Source: a bacterium | GTDB taxonomy: Bacteria; Zhuqueibacterota; Zhuqueibacteria; Residuimicrobiales; Krinioviventaceae | DNA: 64,000 nucleotides | Direction: 5' to 3' | Assembly: GCA_963693055.1 (NCBI GenBank) | Contig: OY843751.1 | Coordinates: 2,464,001-2,528,000 of the forward strand | Shown here: in pieces, positions 37,531-48,476 of the stretch | Layout: the number at the start of each line of letters is the position of its first letter | Numbering within the stretch: the first letter of the stretch is position 1 | Notes under the pieces: model-generated | The model's input: only the letters and a program-made list of their open reading frames with translations | What the model was told of the DNA's origin: nothing | Database searches by the model: none | Translations under genes and position numbers: made by a program

Positions 37531-38595
37531 TTGTCTATAACAATTTATGATGTTGCCCGCAAGGCAGGTGTAGGCATTGCGACTGTTTCGCGTGCCTTTA
37601 ATGACAGTTCGTTAATTCGAGAGGAAACGAAAAAGCGGATTCTTGAAATAGCGGATGAATTAAATTATCAACCACATGGTTTGGCCCGTGGTTTAGCTCG
37701 CAAACAAACCCATACTATTGCTACAGTTGTTCCCTTCTTTTTTAATTATTTCTTTTTGAATTTGCTTAAAAACGTTCAATATTCACTGTCTAAAAAGAAT
37801 TATGACATGTTTTTATACAGTGTTGATAATCTTGAGCATAAAGAAAACATGTTTGACAAGGTTTTGTATGAAAGAAAATGTGATGGGGTAATGCTTTTTT
37901 CACTTACACTTGATGAAGAATATGCTGAGAAATTTATCAAATCTAATGTACCTGTTATTATTGTAGATAATTATCATTCAAGCCTTGACTCCATTACAAT
38001 CTCTAACAAGAGGGGTGCCAAAGATGCTGTTAATCATTTGATTAGCTTGGGGCACAAAAAAATTGCAATGATTAATGGAAACCTTTCCAGTTTTCCTGCC
38101 AAAGTTAGATTGGAAGGTTTTAAAGAAGCTTTAATGGAAAATAATATTATCAAGAATCCCCGTTACATTATAAATGCTGATCTGGATTTGGGTGAAGATG
38201 GATTTAATGAGATGGCCGGATATCGTGCTATGAAACAATTGGCATCTCTTGGAAAAAACCGACCTACAGCTATATTTATTTCGTCTGATATTCAGGCAAT
38301 TGGGGCCCTTCGTGCTGCTAAAGAAGAGGGAATTAGTGTACCTGATGACTGTGCTATTGTAGGATTTGATGATATTGATTTTGCAAAATATGTTGGCCTT
38401 TCTACTATGCGTCAACCTGTTCATACCATGGCTGAACTTGCCGTGAATCGACTTTTAAGAAGAATTGACAATAAAACCCGTGATAAATTTCAGGTAGAAC
38501 TTTCAGCTGAACTCATTATTCGCGAAAGTTGTGGTGCCCGAAATGTAACGACACACCTTGGTGATATTAGTAGCAACGATGCAATTTTCCTGTAA
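37531..38595 (+). CDS. LacI-family transcriptional regulator
   Basis: TIYDVARKAGVGIATVSRAFN HTH, YQPHGLARGL hinge, IVGFDDI; TTG start after AGGA. Confidence 0.95.
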   Translation: MSITIYDVARKAGVGIATVSRAFNDSSLIREETKKRILEIADELNYQPHGLARGLARKQTHTIATVVPFFFNYFFLNLLKNVQYSLSKKNYDMFLYSVDNLEHKENMFDKVLYERKCDGVMLFSLTLDEEYAEKFIKSNVPVIIVDNYHSSLDSITISNKRGAKDAVNHLISLGHKKIAMINGNLSSFPAKVRLEGFKEALMENNIIKNPRYIINADLDLGEDGFNEMAGYRAMKQLASLGKNRPTAIFISSDIQAIGALRAAKEEGISVPDDCAIVGFDDIDFAKYVGLSTMRQPVHTMAELAVNRLLRRIDNKTRDKFQVELSAELIIRESCGARNVTTHLGDISSNDAIFL

Positions 38596-38609
38596 ACTTG
38601 GATTGTTTT

Positions 38610-40418
38610 ATGAAAAAAAATCTAATTTTCATTGTATTATTTATGTCTGTATCACTTTTTGCTCAAACTCCTTCCATCAATTATAGTGTACCAGAATGGA
38701 GTAAAAACGTCATTTGGTATCAGATTTTCCCTGAACGTTTTTGCAATAGTGATCAAAGTAATGGTCCCTTTTTCCATGATATTTTTGGTTCCTGGCCGCA
38801 TGATACTACAAGTGCCTGGGGACTTTCAAACTGGACTGGTGATTGGTATGCTCTGGAAAGGTGGGAAACTGATGGACAGGGATTTTATCATCATGTTCAA
38901 AGACGCAGGTATGGCGGCGATTTGCAGGGGATTATCGATAAACTCGATTATTTACAGGAACTGGGTATAAATGCCATCTATCTAAATCCTGTGTTTGAAG
39001 CTCCATCTATGCACAAATATGATGCTTCTTCATATCATCACATTGATGATAATTTTGGCCCTGACCCCGAATACGATAGAAAACTCATTGCTACTGAAAT
39101 TCCCCATGATCCTGCAACCTGGAAAATGACATCTGCGGATTCACTGTTTTTTGAACTTGTTAAGCAAGTTCATAACCGGGATATGCGCATTATCATCGAT
39201 GGTGTTTGGAACCACGTTGGTATGACATTCTGGGCATTTAGAGATGTTGTTAAAAATCAGGAATCCTCTTTATATAAAGATTGGTTTATCATTAAAGCTT
39301 TTGATAATCCCGCAACACCCGAAAATGAATTCGATTACAAGGGCTGGTGGGACGTAAGAGAGCTTCCTGAGTTGATGGAAGATGAAAACGGATTTAATCC
39401 TGATTTTTGGCAATATGTTAAAAATTCAGTTTCAAAATGGATGGATCCCAATGGTGATGGAGATCCATCAGATGGCATTGATGGCTGGCGTTTGGATGTT
39501 GCTGCAGAGGTGGGTTTTCCTGTATGGCGCAGATTCAGAGACCATGTTCGTACCATTAATCCTGAAGCGTATTTGTCTGGAGAAATTTGGTTCGATGAGG
39601 GAATTGACAAGTGGCTGCAGGGTGATATTTATGACGCGGTTATGAATTATCGCTTTGCTCAAAGTTGTGTTCGTTTCTTTATGGATACGGAAAAGCCTTT
39701 TGCTTTTTCTCCATCTGAATTTGATGATGCATTGCTCGAAATGAGAAATACTTATCCTCACGATGCTCAATATGTATTACAGAACTTGATGGACAGTCAC
39801 GATACAGACCGTATGCCGTCTATGATTATCAATAACAACCGAAATTATGGTTCTGATCATCGTTTGGTAGATAATCCTGATTATGATGTACGTAAACCCA
39901 ACTCACTTGAACGAGATATCCAAAAGCTGATTGTACTTGTGCAAATGACATACATCGGCGCACCTATGGTTTATTATGGAGATGAAGCGGGAATGTGGGG
40001 TGCTTCTGATCCTGATGAGAGAAAACCCATGTTGTGGAAAGAGTTGAAATATGATGATGAAGCTACGCATCCTTTGGGTAAACCCCGCACTATTGATAAG
40101 AATGTTTTTGATCCCGAATTGTTTGCATACTATCAGAATCTGATCAAAACCCGTTTAAAATATGACGCATTGCGAACAGGTGAATATAAAACGCTGATCA
40201 AAGATGATGATAAAAATCTGTTTATATTTAGTCGTAAAGATTCTAAAGATGAATTTATTATTGTAATGAATAATTCTTTTGATGAGCAAACTGTAAAAAT
40301 TAAAGTCGCTGGTAATTCAGCAAAGGATATAATTACTGGTAAAACTGAGACAATCTTGAATAACGAGTTGTCACTGTTATTAGGTCCAAAACAAGGTATG
40401 CTTTTACATATTCATTAA
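38610..40418 (+). CDS. GH13 alpha-amylase family enzyme (neopullulanase/cyclomaltodextrinase-like), exported
   Basis: Signal peptide; YQIFPERF, GGDLQGI, DGVWNH, GWRLDVA, GEIW, DSHD. Confidence 0.92.
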   Translation: MKKNLIFIVLFMSVSLFAQTPSINYSVPEWSKNVIWYQIFPERFCNSDQSNGPFFHDIFGSWPHDTTSAWGLSNWTGDWYALERWETDGQGFYHHVQRRRYGGDLQGIIDKLDYLQELGINAIYLNPVFEAPSMHKYDASSYHHIDDNFGPDPEYDRKLIATEIPHDPATWKMTSADSLFFELVKQVHNRDMRIIIDGVWNHVGMTFWAFRDVVKNQESSLYKDWFIIKAFDNPATPENEFDYKGWWDVRELPELMEDENGFNPDFWQYVKNSVSKWMDPNGDGDPSDGIDGWRLDVAAEVGFPVWRRFRDHVRTINPEAYLSGEIWFDEGIDKWLQGDIYDAVMNYRFAQSCVRFFMDTEKPFAFSPSEFDDALLEMRNTYPHDAQYVLQNLMDSHDTDRMPSMIINNNRNYGSDHRLVDNPDYDVRKPNSLERDIQKLIVLVQMTYIGAPMVYYGDEAGMWGASDPDERKPMLWKELKYDDEATHPLGKPRTIDKNVFDPELFAYYQNLIKTRLKYDALRTGEYKTLIKDDDKNLFIFSRKDSKDEFIIVMNNSFDEQTVKIKVAGNSAKDIITGKTETILNNELSLLLGPKQGMLLHIH

Positions 40419-40435
40419 GCCTTTGGAGTTTATTA

Positions 40436-43400
40436 ATGAAAAAGCTTGAAATTTTATTGGTTTTAATTTTATTCGCACAATTTTCCGGGCTGTATGCTGG
40501 AACTACCGGCAAGATAGCCGGTGTTATTGTTGATGCGAATACCGGTGATGCATTGCCCGGCACCAATGTTATAATTGATGGCTCTCGAATGGGTGCTGCT
40601 ACTGATCTTCAGGGACATTATTCCATTTTAAATGTTCCACCCGGCACATATGTACTTAGAGCTAGTATGATTGGTTACAATGAAACAAAGGTGACTAATG
40701 TTGTCGTTTCCATTGATCTTACCACAGAGATCAATTTTCAGTTATCAGAAACGGTTCTTGATGCCGGTGAAACGGTTACAATCGTTGCAGAACGTCCTCA
40801 GGTTGTTAAAGATTTAACAGCTACAACCGCAATTGTTGGTTCTGAAGAAATGGAAACGCTTCCGGTAACCGAAGTGAGTGAAGCTATCGAGTTGCAAGCT
40901 GGTCTGATCAGAGATGCGGGTGGCGGTTTACATGCCCGTGGCGGACGTTCAGGTGAGGTAAGTTACTGGGTAGATGGTATACCGGTTACCGACGTTTATG
41001 ATGGTGGAACCGTTGTAGATATCAACAAAAATATGGTTCAAGAGCTCCAGGTAGTTACCGGTGCTTTTAATGCTGAATACGGTCAGGCGATGTCTGGTAT
41101 TGTAAATATTGCTACCAAAGATGGTGATAATAATTTCGGAGGAAGTTTTTCAACTTATTTTGGCGATTATCTCAGTAATCACACTGAACAGTTTTCAAAT
41201 ATTGATGAGATCAATCCCGCAGCTATTCGTAATGGAGAATTTAGTCTGCATGGTGCTATTATTAAAGACAAGTTGTATTATTATGTTAATGGACGTGCAA
41301 TTCATTTCGATGGATGGCAGGCAGGACAGCGACGCTTTACTCCACAATCTGTTACCGGCACATTATTTCTAGAAGAAGATTATCTCAGAAATAATGCGCC
41401 TGAATACCTCGAATTTGCCAGAGAATTAGAAGACAATGAATATGGTATTGAATATGTAGTTGGTTCAAATGCTTCCATTGATTCCATGATTATGCCTTAT
41501 ATTTATGGAATGGACATTATCAGTGATCCTGATTCTTTTGCTTATTATTATCAAAATCTTCGTAGTGTTCATGCCGGTGCTAAAGGTGATGGTGAATACG
41601 TTTCCATGAATTGGAATGAAAAACTTTACGGGCAGGTAAAATTGATTTATAATTTGACCCCGTCATTTAAAATCGCATACAATGCTATCTATGATGATGT
41701 TGATTACCAGGATTATGATCAAAATTACTATTTGAATCCTGATGGTAATTTAAAACGATTTAGAACAGGTTTAACCAATATTCTCAAGATTACTCATGTA
41801 CTTAATCAGTCAACTTTTTATGACCTTGGAATTTCCCAGTTCAATAAAGAATATAAACATTATGTTTATGAAGATATGTACGATTCCCGTTATGTGCATC
41901 CCGATATGGGTGAACAACAGCCGTATAGTTTTAAAACCGCAGGTAATGATTTGGCAAATTACAAACGCCAAACCACAACTCAACTTGCCAAATTGGATAT
42001 CACCAGTCAAGTTACCAGCCGTCAGCAGTTAAAAGCTGGTGTTGAATACCGACAGCATAAAGTCTTTATGCGTGATATCTCTCTACGGCCTGTTGATGAA
42101 GATTTTAGTATTGATGTAGTTGACGATGGACCTTATATCCGTACCCGTGTAACTCCTGTTAGTGATATTTACCACAGTACCTATGAACACAAACCCGTAG
42201 AATTTTCTGCATACTTGCAAGACAAGCTTGAATTCAAAAGCATGATTGTTAATGTTGGTGTTCGTATGGATTATTTTGATCCTGATGGTATTGTTTTAAC
42301 AGATGAAACAGATCCCACTATTTACAATCCAATCCGTCCTGAAAATCGCTATCACGACTGGGGTACCGATGGTATTGAAGGTACATATGATGCTGATGGT
42401 TCCGAAGGTAATGGCATTCAGGATGCTGGCGAGCCGGATGTTACTCTTGAAGAACGTCAAAGTTACTGGTATAAAGACACTACCACAAAAATGAATGTCA
42501 GTCCCCGTTTGGGTGTTTCTTTTCCGGTTACTGAACGTGGTGTATTCCATTTTTCTTATGGTCACTTTTTTCAGGTTCCTCGTTTTGAACGTTTATATCA
42601 AAATCCCGACTTTGAACTTGAACAAGGTACAGGTAATATTGGTGTAATTGGAAATTCTGATCTTGAACCTGAGCAAACCGTAAGTGGCGAAGTTGGTTTA
42701 CAACAGCAAATAACGGATGATGTTACCATTGAAATCAATGCTTATTTCAGAGATGTTAGAAATCTGGCTGGTACCCGTGCTGAAGAAATTGAACTTTATG
42801 GTGGTTCTTCCACTTATTCAAAATTTGTCAACAGTGACTTTGGTTTAACAAAGGGATTGACCCTTGCAGTTTCCAAACGTTTTAGTGGCGGTTTGTCTGC
42901 TTCTTTTGACTATACTTTGCAGCAGGCCAAAGGTACCAGCTCTGATCCCGAGCAGGCTAGAAATGCTATTGATGGTGGTGCGCAGCCTGAAGTACAAATG
43001 ACAGCTCTGGATTGGGACCAGTTTCAAACCGTAAATTTTTCATTAAATTATCGCGGTTCAAACTGGGGTGGAAGTGCAATTGGTCAATGGGGTAGTGGAC
43101 TACCTTACACGCCACGAAGTTCTGTAGATATTTCAGAACTTTTGACCAACAGTCAACGCAAACCTTCTTATTCAAATCTTGATGTTCGTGGATATTATGA
43201 TTTTCGTTTTGGAACAACGACTTTGACCTTGTTTGCACGGGTGTTAAACCTGTTTGATACTTTGAACGAGGTGAATGTTTATGATACTACCGGCCGTGCC
43301 GGATTTACACTTGATCAGCGAATTGCTGAAGCAACAAATCCCGATGAAATTATCAACTCTCTGGACCAATGGTTTACAAACCCAACCCATTATTCAGAGC

Positions 43401-43438
43401 CACGTCGTATAGAGTTGGGTGTAACATATACATTTTGA
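40436..43438 (+). CDS. TonB-dependent receptor with N-terminal carboxypeptidase-regulatory-like domain (non-SusC type)
   Basis: GKIAGVIVDANTGDALPGTNV, plug HARGGR...VDGIPV...TGAFNAEYG, GNSDLEPEQT, C-terminal PRRIELGVTYTF. Confidence 0.93.
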   Translation: MKKLEILLVLILFAQFSGLYAGTTGKIAGVIVDANTGDALPGTNVIIDGSRMGAATDLQGHYSILNVPPGTYVLRASMIGYNETKVTNVVVSIDLTTEINFQLSETVLDAGETVTIVAERPQVVKDLTATTAIVGSEEMETLPVTEVSEAIELQAGLIRDAGGGLHARGGRSGEVSYWVDGIPVTDVYDGGTVVDINKNMVQELQVVTGAFNAEYGQAMSGIVNIATKDGDNNFGGSFSTYFGDYLSNHTEQFSNIDEINPAAIRNGEFSLHGAIIKDKLYYYVNGRAIHFDGWQAGQRRFTPQSVTGTLFLEEDYLRNNAPEYLEFARELEDNEYGIEYVVGSNASIDSMIMPYIYGMDIISDPDSFAYYYQNLRSVHAGAKGDGEYVSMNWNEKLYGQVKLIYNLTPSFKIAYNAIYDDVDYQDYDQNYYLNPDGNLKRFRTGLTNILKITHVLNQSTFYDLGISQFNKEYKHYVYEDMYDSRYVHPDMGEQQPYSFKTAGNDLANYKRQTTTQLAKLDITSQVTSRQQLKAGVEYRQHKVFMRDISLRPVDEDFSIDVVDDGPYIRTRVTPVSDIYHSTYEHKPVEFSAYLQDKLEFKSMIVNVGVRMDYFDPDGIVLTDETDPTIYNPIRPENRYHDWGTDGIEGTYDADGSEGNGIQDAGEPDVTLEERQSYWYKDTTTKMNVSPRLGVSFPVTERGVFHFSYGHFFQVPRFERLYQNPDFELEQGTGNIGVIGNSDLEPEQTVSGEVGLQQQITDDVTIEINAYFRDVRNLAGTRAEEIELYGGSSTYSKFVNSDFGLTKGLTLAVSKRFSGGLSASFDYTLQQAKGTSSDPEQARNAIDGGAQPEVQMTALDWDQFQTVNFSLNYRGSNWGGSAIGQWGSGLPYTPRSSVDISELLTNSQRKPSYSNLDVRGYYDFRFGTTTLTLFARVLNLFDTLNEVNVYDTTGRAGFTLDQRIAEATNPDEIINSLDQWFTNPTHYSEPRRIELGVTYTF

Positions 43439-43470
43439 TAGTTCTTTAGCCTTGAATTCAGGAGCTTAAA

Positions 43471-46400
43471 ATGAAAAAACTAATTTACTATACTTTTATT
43501 CTGGTTTCAATTGTCCCCTTTTTGATCTATGCCCAAAGCGGACGAGAGTACCGTCGTTCTTCTATTATGCGCGGTAATCTGGTTAAAACTGTTTTCGGCA
43601 ACTGGGGTGTTATTGGGCAGCCTGCGCAAAAAGGTGCGCGTGGTGCATGGATTTATGAAAACAATGGATACATTGGTGATGTGAGTTTGATGGTTGGAGC
43701 TGAAGTAAAATCGGATGATAAAACCTTTCATTCGGTTGTTATCAGCCCGGTTGATCGTCCTACAACTCGTCAGGAATTATCACCAACCGGTAGTTGGTGG
43801 TCATGGGAGCCTGTTGGTGGTTATTTTAATGAGAATCAGGAAGGTATTGCCTTGTATAGCGATCCTGATTCATGGCCATCGCTCTGGCCAGATAAAATGT
43901 CTGATCTCAATGATCCGGGTTGGTCAGGTTCCTGGGATGGATTTTTTGGCAAGGAAACTACCGCATCAGAAGAATCATTTTTTGTTATGGATGATAACAA
44001 TGATACCGAGTTTAATGAAGCATCAAACAATATCTGGAATGTGGATTTTAAACCGGATTCAACCAACCCTTCCAGAAACGGTTTGGGCCTTGAAGTTAAA
44101 GTAAGAGGTATGCAGTGGTCAGATTTTCTTGCTCAGGATTGTATATTTTGGTTATACGAAATTACCAACAATAGCACAACCGATTATGATAAAGTTGTAT
44201 TCGGCATGCTTGTAGGAACTTATGTGGGAGTAACCTCTACAGAAAATTACAGCGAGTATGATGATGACTATTCATTTTTCGATGTTGAAAAAGATTTAAC
44301 CTATACCGGTGATTTTGATGATAATGCACGTCGTAATCCTCGCTGGACGGGTGATGTTGGTGCGGTTGGTTATGCGTTTTTGGAAAGTCCTGGTAATCCT
44401 TTTGATGGAATTGACAATGATGGTGATGCTCAGGAATACCCGAATGTACCTACATCAGCAGCGCTTTTTACTCCAGAAGATTTTCAGGAGAAAATTGTCA
44501 GAGCTGGTGATGAAATTGTTTTAATTGATAACAACTATAATCGTACGGTTGTAACTGTTCCTGCAGAGGAAACCGTTTTTAAAACCCGTGGTGCAGAAAT
44601 AACAATTGTTCCGGGGGTTACAAGACTTTCAGAAGGTAACCTGGTTCTCAAAGATGGTCGTAATGAAGTTAACACCAATGCTTATGATGGTATAGATAAT
44701 GACCTTGATGGATTGATCGATGAAAACTATTATCTGCATTATCGCCAGATTCGTAAAGATCAGAATGATAATATTATTTTTGACAAATTGAATCCTGTTG
44801 CTTATGTAAATTATTTTACCGGGGCTGGTATTGATGATGCTTTGATTGATGAACGTCGTGATGATGGTATTGACAATGACGGTGACTGGAATCCATTGTT
44901 CGATGATGTGGGTGCCGATGGTGTTACAGGAACCAATGATTATGGTGAAGGAGATGGCGTACCCACTTCTGGTGAGCCCAATTTCGATAAAACAGATGTT
45001 GATGAATCTGATCAAATTGGTTTGACAAGTTTTGAATACTTTACACCTGCACGAGAATTTTCAATGGCAGATGATGAAGACTTGTGGGACCGTTTGTCAC
45101 CCGGATTTTTCAAAGTTCCCGAATCTATTGAAAATAATAAACCCACAAAAGGTGAAGATGGTGACTTTATTTATGGTTCAGGATATTTCCCGTTACCTGC
45201 TGGTGCAACCCGTCGTATTTCACTTGCATTGGTTTATGGTGAAGGCGGTGGCCCTGAGGTTGAAATTACCGATTTGTTAAAAAATCGTGAAACCGTGCAG
45301 GAAATTTATGATAATGATTATCGTTTCCCACCTGCACCCAATAAACCCAAGCTGACTGCAATTCCCGGTGATGGTAAAGTTACTTTGCATTGGGACAGAC
45401 TTGCTGAAAAATCCTTTGATCCTGTATTGCAGACTTATGATTTTGAAGGCTATAAAATTTATCGTGCAACCGATTACGAATTTAACGAAGTGTTTAGTAT
45501 TACTGATGCTGACGGAACACCTATCGCTTATGAACCGATTGCACAGTTTGATCTGGATAATGAATATGAAGGTTATTTTAGAGCTGGGCCGGATCTGTTT
45601 CAACAGGGTAGAGGCGCTTCATTTTTCCTTGGTGACAACACAGGATTACAGCATACCTTTGTTGATTCCAGTGTTGAAAATGGTCGGCGTTATTTTTACG
45701 CTTTGGTTGCCTATGACCGGGGAGATGAAGATGTTGATATCTATCCCAAAGAAAATGATAAACGTATTGATATTTTACCCAATGGAGAGATTCGAACATT
45801 TCAAAATACTGCTGTTGTAACGCCCAACGCTGCTGTTTCAGGATATGTTCCTCCTGAAAACAGTGTGCAATTGCAGGCAACACAATCTCCGGTCGGATCA
45901 GGACAAATATATTACAAGGTTATTGATGAACAAAAAGTAACCGGACATGATTATAGATTGGAATTTCTTGATTATTCCAATGACGGTATTGATAATAATA
46001 ATAACTGGACATCTCCTCAGGATGACGTAGGTTCTGATGGTATTGCTGAAACCAATGATCCGGATGGTACTGAATTAAATGGAATCCCTGATCCGGGAGA
46101 ACCCAATCTCGACGAGAATGATGTCGAAGAATTTATCCGTCCTATTACAACCAGTTATTCGGTACGTGATTTAACTGGTATTACAGAGACTTTTTTCTCC
46201 AAAGATACGCTATATGTTTCATTATCAAAAACACACCAGATACCGGAAACCATAAAAATTACAGATGAAGATGGTAATGTTATTCCTGCTGATAAATATT
46301 TAATAAATACCGAGTTTGGTAAAATCAGAGGTGCTAATTCCGGTGATCTGGCTTATGGTACCGGTTACAATATTAGTTACGAATATTATCCGGTTTATAA

Positions 46401-47313
46401 CAGTCCCTACATTCAGGGCAATCCTGTTGAAGATGAAACCAAAGATACAGACAACTTTGACGGTATTCAAATTTATTTCAATAATAAGTGGAAAGTCACG
46501 TTAGACTCTACACTTTCAGGATGGTCAAATCCTCAAAAAGATATAGGCTTTAATATCTTTAAAACTATAAGTTATAATCCTGATGGATCAATTTTTGTTT
46601 TGGGTTATGAAAATATTAGTGATTATCAAATTATTTTCGATGATGATATTGTCGATAGTACGGCAAATTTACCAGAGTACTATTCAACACCACAACCAGT
46701 TAATTTTAGAATAAAAAATGTAACGAATAATCAATTTATTGATTTCATATATCTTGATAATGATAGAAGTAAAGGTATATCATCTCTTGATGAATTATTT
46801 TTTGTCGAAAAAGATTTTAATGGTGAAATTGTTTTTACATGGGATATTACATTTGTTTCAACTCAAGATACCGTATTTAATTATGGTACAGGGGATGTGC
46901 TTGATATCATTCTTAAAAAACCATTTCGTAAAGGCGATACATTTGAATTCTCTGCAGAACAACCTGATATAAGTACTAGTGCCGGCAAAGATCTGCTCAA
47001 GGATATTAAGGTATATCCCAATCCCTATGTTGCAGCATCTACACATGAACGTCCATTACCGCCCGCAATAACAACTGGTCGTGGTGTGCGGGAAGTAACG
47101 TTTACCCATTTACCACTTGATGCCAAGATCCACATTTTTACTTCACGTGGTGAGCACGTTATAACAAAAGAACATGAAGGTTCAATGTTCGATGGAACCA
47201 TTAACTGGGACCTGAAGACAAAAGAAAATCTGGATGTTGCTGCAGGTGTATATTTTTACATTGTTGAATCATCTGTAGGTAAAAAAGAAGGTAAACTGGC
47301 TATTATCAAATAA
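43471..47313 (+). CDS. Large secreted TBDR-associated protein with acidic DGIDND repeats, Fn3-like domain and divergent T9SS-like CTD
   Basis: Signal peptide; DGIDN x4; PPAPNKP...GDGKVTLHWD...FEGYKIYR; C-terminal IKVYPNPY...WDL...AGVYFY...KLAIIK. Confidence 0.82.
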   Translation: MKKLIYYTFILVSIVPFLIYAQSGREYRRSSIMRGNLVKTVFGNWGVIGQPAQKGARGAWIYENNGYIGDVSLMVGAEVKSDDKTFHSVVISPVDRPTTRQELSPTGSWWSWEPVGGYFNENQEGIALYSDPDSWPSLWPDKMSDLNDPGWSGSWDGFFGKETTASEESFFVMDDNNDTEFNEASNNIWNVDFKPDSTNPSRNGLGLEVKVRGMQWSDFLAQDCIFWLYEITNNSTTDYDKVVFGMLVGTYVGVTSTENYSEYDDDYSFFDVEKDLTYTGDFDDNARRNPRWTGDVGAVGYAFLESPGNPFDGIDNDGDAQEYPNVPTSAALFTPEDFQEKIVRAGDEIVLIDNNYNRTVVTVPAEETVFKTRGAEITIVPGVTRLSEGNLVLKDGRNEVNTNAYDGIDNDLDGLIDENYYLHYRQIRKDQNDNIIFDKLNPVAYVNYFTGAGIDDALIDERRDDGIDNDGDWNPLFDDVGADGVTGTNDYGEGDGVPTSGEPNFDKTDVDESDQIGLTSFEYFTPAREFSMADDEDLWDRLSPGFFKVPESIENNKPTKGEDGDFIYGSGYFPLPAGATRRISLALVYGEGGGPEVEITDLLKNRETVQEIYDNDYRFPPAPNKPKLTAIPGDGKVTLHWDRLAEKSFDPVLQTYDFEGYKIYRATDYEFNEVFSITDADGTPIAYEPIAQFDLDNEYEGYFRAGPDLFQQGRGASFFLGDNTGLQHTFVDSSVENGRRYFYALVAYDRGDEDVDIYPKENDKRIDILPNGEIRTFQNTAVVTPNAAVSGYVPPENSVQLQATQSPVGSGQIYYKVIDEQKVTGHDYRLEFLDYSNDGIDNNNNWTSPQDDVGSDGIAETNDPDGTELNGIPDPGEPNLDENDVEEFIRPITTSYSVRDLTGITETFFSKDTLYVSLSKTHQIPETIKITDEDGNVIPADKYLINTEFGKIRGANSGDLAYGTGYNISYEYYPVYNSPYIQGNPVEDETKDTDNFDGIQIYFNNKWKVTLDSTLSGWSNPQKDIGFNIFKTISYNPDGSIFVLGYENISDYQIIFDDDIVDSTANLPEYYSTPQPVNFRIKNVTNNQFIDFIYLDNDRSKGISSLDELFFVEKDFNGEIVFTWDITFVSTQDTVFNYGTGDVLDIILKKPFRKGDTFEFSAEQPDISTSAGKDLLKDIKVYPNPYVAASTHERPLPPAITTGRGVREVTFTHLPLDAKIHIFTSRGEHVITKEHEGSMFDGTINWDLKTKENLDVAAGVYFYIVESSVGKKEGKLAIIK

Positions 47314-47339
47314 TTTGATTATAACTATCGGAGTCATCG

Positions 47340-48365
47340 ATGCTTAATAAAGAGTATTTTAAAATAATATGGGTTGCGATTTTATTACTCGCTTTGGCAG
47401 GTGCCGGCAGCGCACAGGACAAGGTGGGTACAACCTCGGCACCGTTTTTAGGTATCAGTATTGCTCCCCGGGCAACAGCAATGGGTGGAGCTTTTACTGC
47501 AGTTGCAGATGACGCAACGGCACTTTATTATAATCCTGGTGCAATCTCTCAAATGTCTTCATCGCAGGCACTTGTTTCTCATACCGAATGGCTGGTGGGC
47601 ACAGGTTTAAACTGGGTTGGATTTGTTTTAAACCTTGATGGTTCGAATGCAATTGGTGTGAGTTTTACAAACCTGGACTATGGTGAAGAAGAAGTGACAA
47701 CAGAGTCACAACAGGAAGGAACCGGTGAAATGTGGTCCGCTTCTGATATCTCTATAGGTTTATCGTATGCGCGAAGCTTTACAGACCGTTTTTCAATTGG
47801 TGGTAGTGTTAAATATATTGAACAAAAGATTTGGCATGAAAAATCAACTGCTTTTGCCGCAGATGTGGGTTTGATTTTTACCACTGCTTTTAATGATATG
47901 AAATTGGGTATGAGTATTTCCAATTTTGGTAATGAAATGCGTATGGAAGGTGAAGATCTGTTACGCAAGATTGATATTGATGATGAAACAATTGGACACA
48001 ATGAAACTATTGTAGGAAATCTCAAAACAGATAAATGGCCTTTACCATTATTCTTTCGTGTTGGATTATCTATGTATGTTTTGGAAACAACATTCACCAA
48101 AATGCTGGTTGCGGTTGATGCTGTTCGCCCCACAGATAATAGTGAAATTATTAATGTCGGTGGAGAGTTTTCAGTATATGATATTTTGTTTTTGCGTGCA
48201 GGTTACAAATCTCTATTCAGAGATGAAAGTGAAGAAGGCCTTACATTTGGTATGGGTTTAAATATTTCCCAGGTAGGAGGAGTTGCCTGGAAATTTGATT
48301 ATACTTATGCTGATTTTGGGATTTTAGACTATATCCAAATGTATTCACTGAGTGTCAGCTTTTAG
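47340..48365 (+). CDS. PorV/PorQ-family (UPF0164) outer-membrane beta-barrel
   Basis: FLGISIAPRATAMGGAFTAVADDATALYYNPGA, LRAGY, terminal aromatic residue (SVSF). Confidence 0.9.
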   Translation: MLNKEYFKIIWVAILLLALAGAGSAQDKVGTTSAPFLGISIAPRATAMGGAFTAVADDATALYYNPGAISQMSSSQALVSHTEWLVGTGLNWVGFVLNLDGSNAIGVSFTNLDYGEEEVTTESQQEGTGEMWSASDISIGLSYARSFTDRFSIGGSVKYIEQKIWHEKSTAFAADVGLIFTTAFNDMKLGMSISNFGNEMRMEGEDLLRKIDIDDETIGHNETIVGNLKTDKWPLPLFFRVGLSMYVLETTFTKMLVAVDAVRPTDNSEIINVGGEFSVYDILFLRAGYKSLFRDESEEGLTFGMGLNISQVGGVAWKFDYTYADFGILDYIQMYSLSVSF

Positions 48366-48476
48366 GAAGGTATTTATTAATTTAAATAATTAAAATTTAA
48401 TTTAAAAAAAGGAGGTGGTTTAAAAATAATTTGTTTATTAAGGGTAAATTAAAAATAATTTTAACGGAGGAATGAA

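Noticed and set aside
40436-47313. SusC/SusD pair
   Set aside because: The TBDR lacks SusC plug motifs, and the downstream protein has no lipobox and is far larger than SusD.
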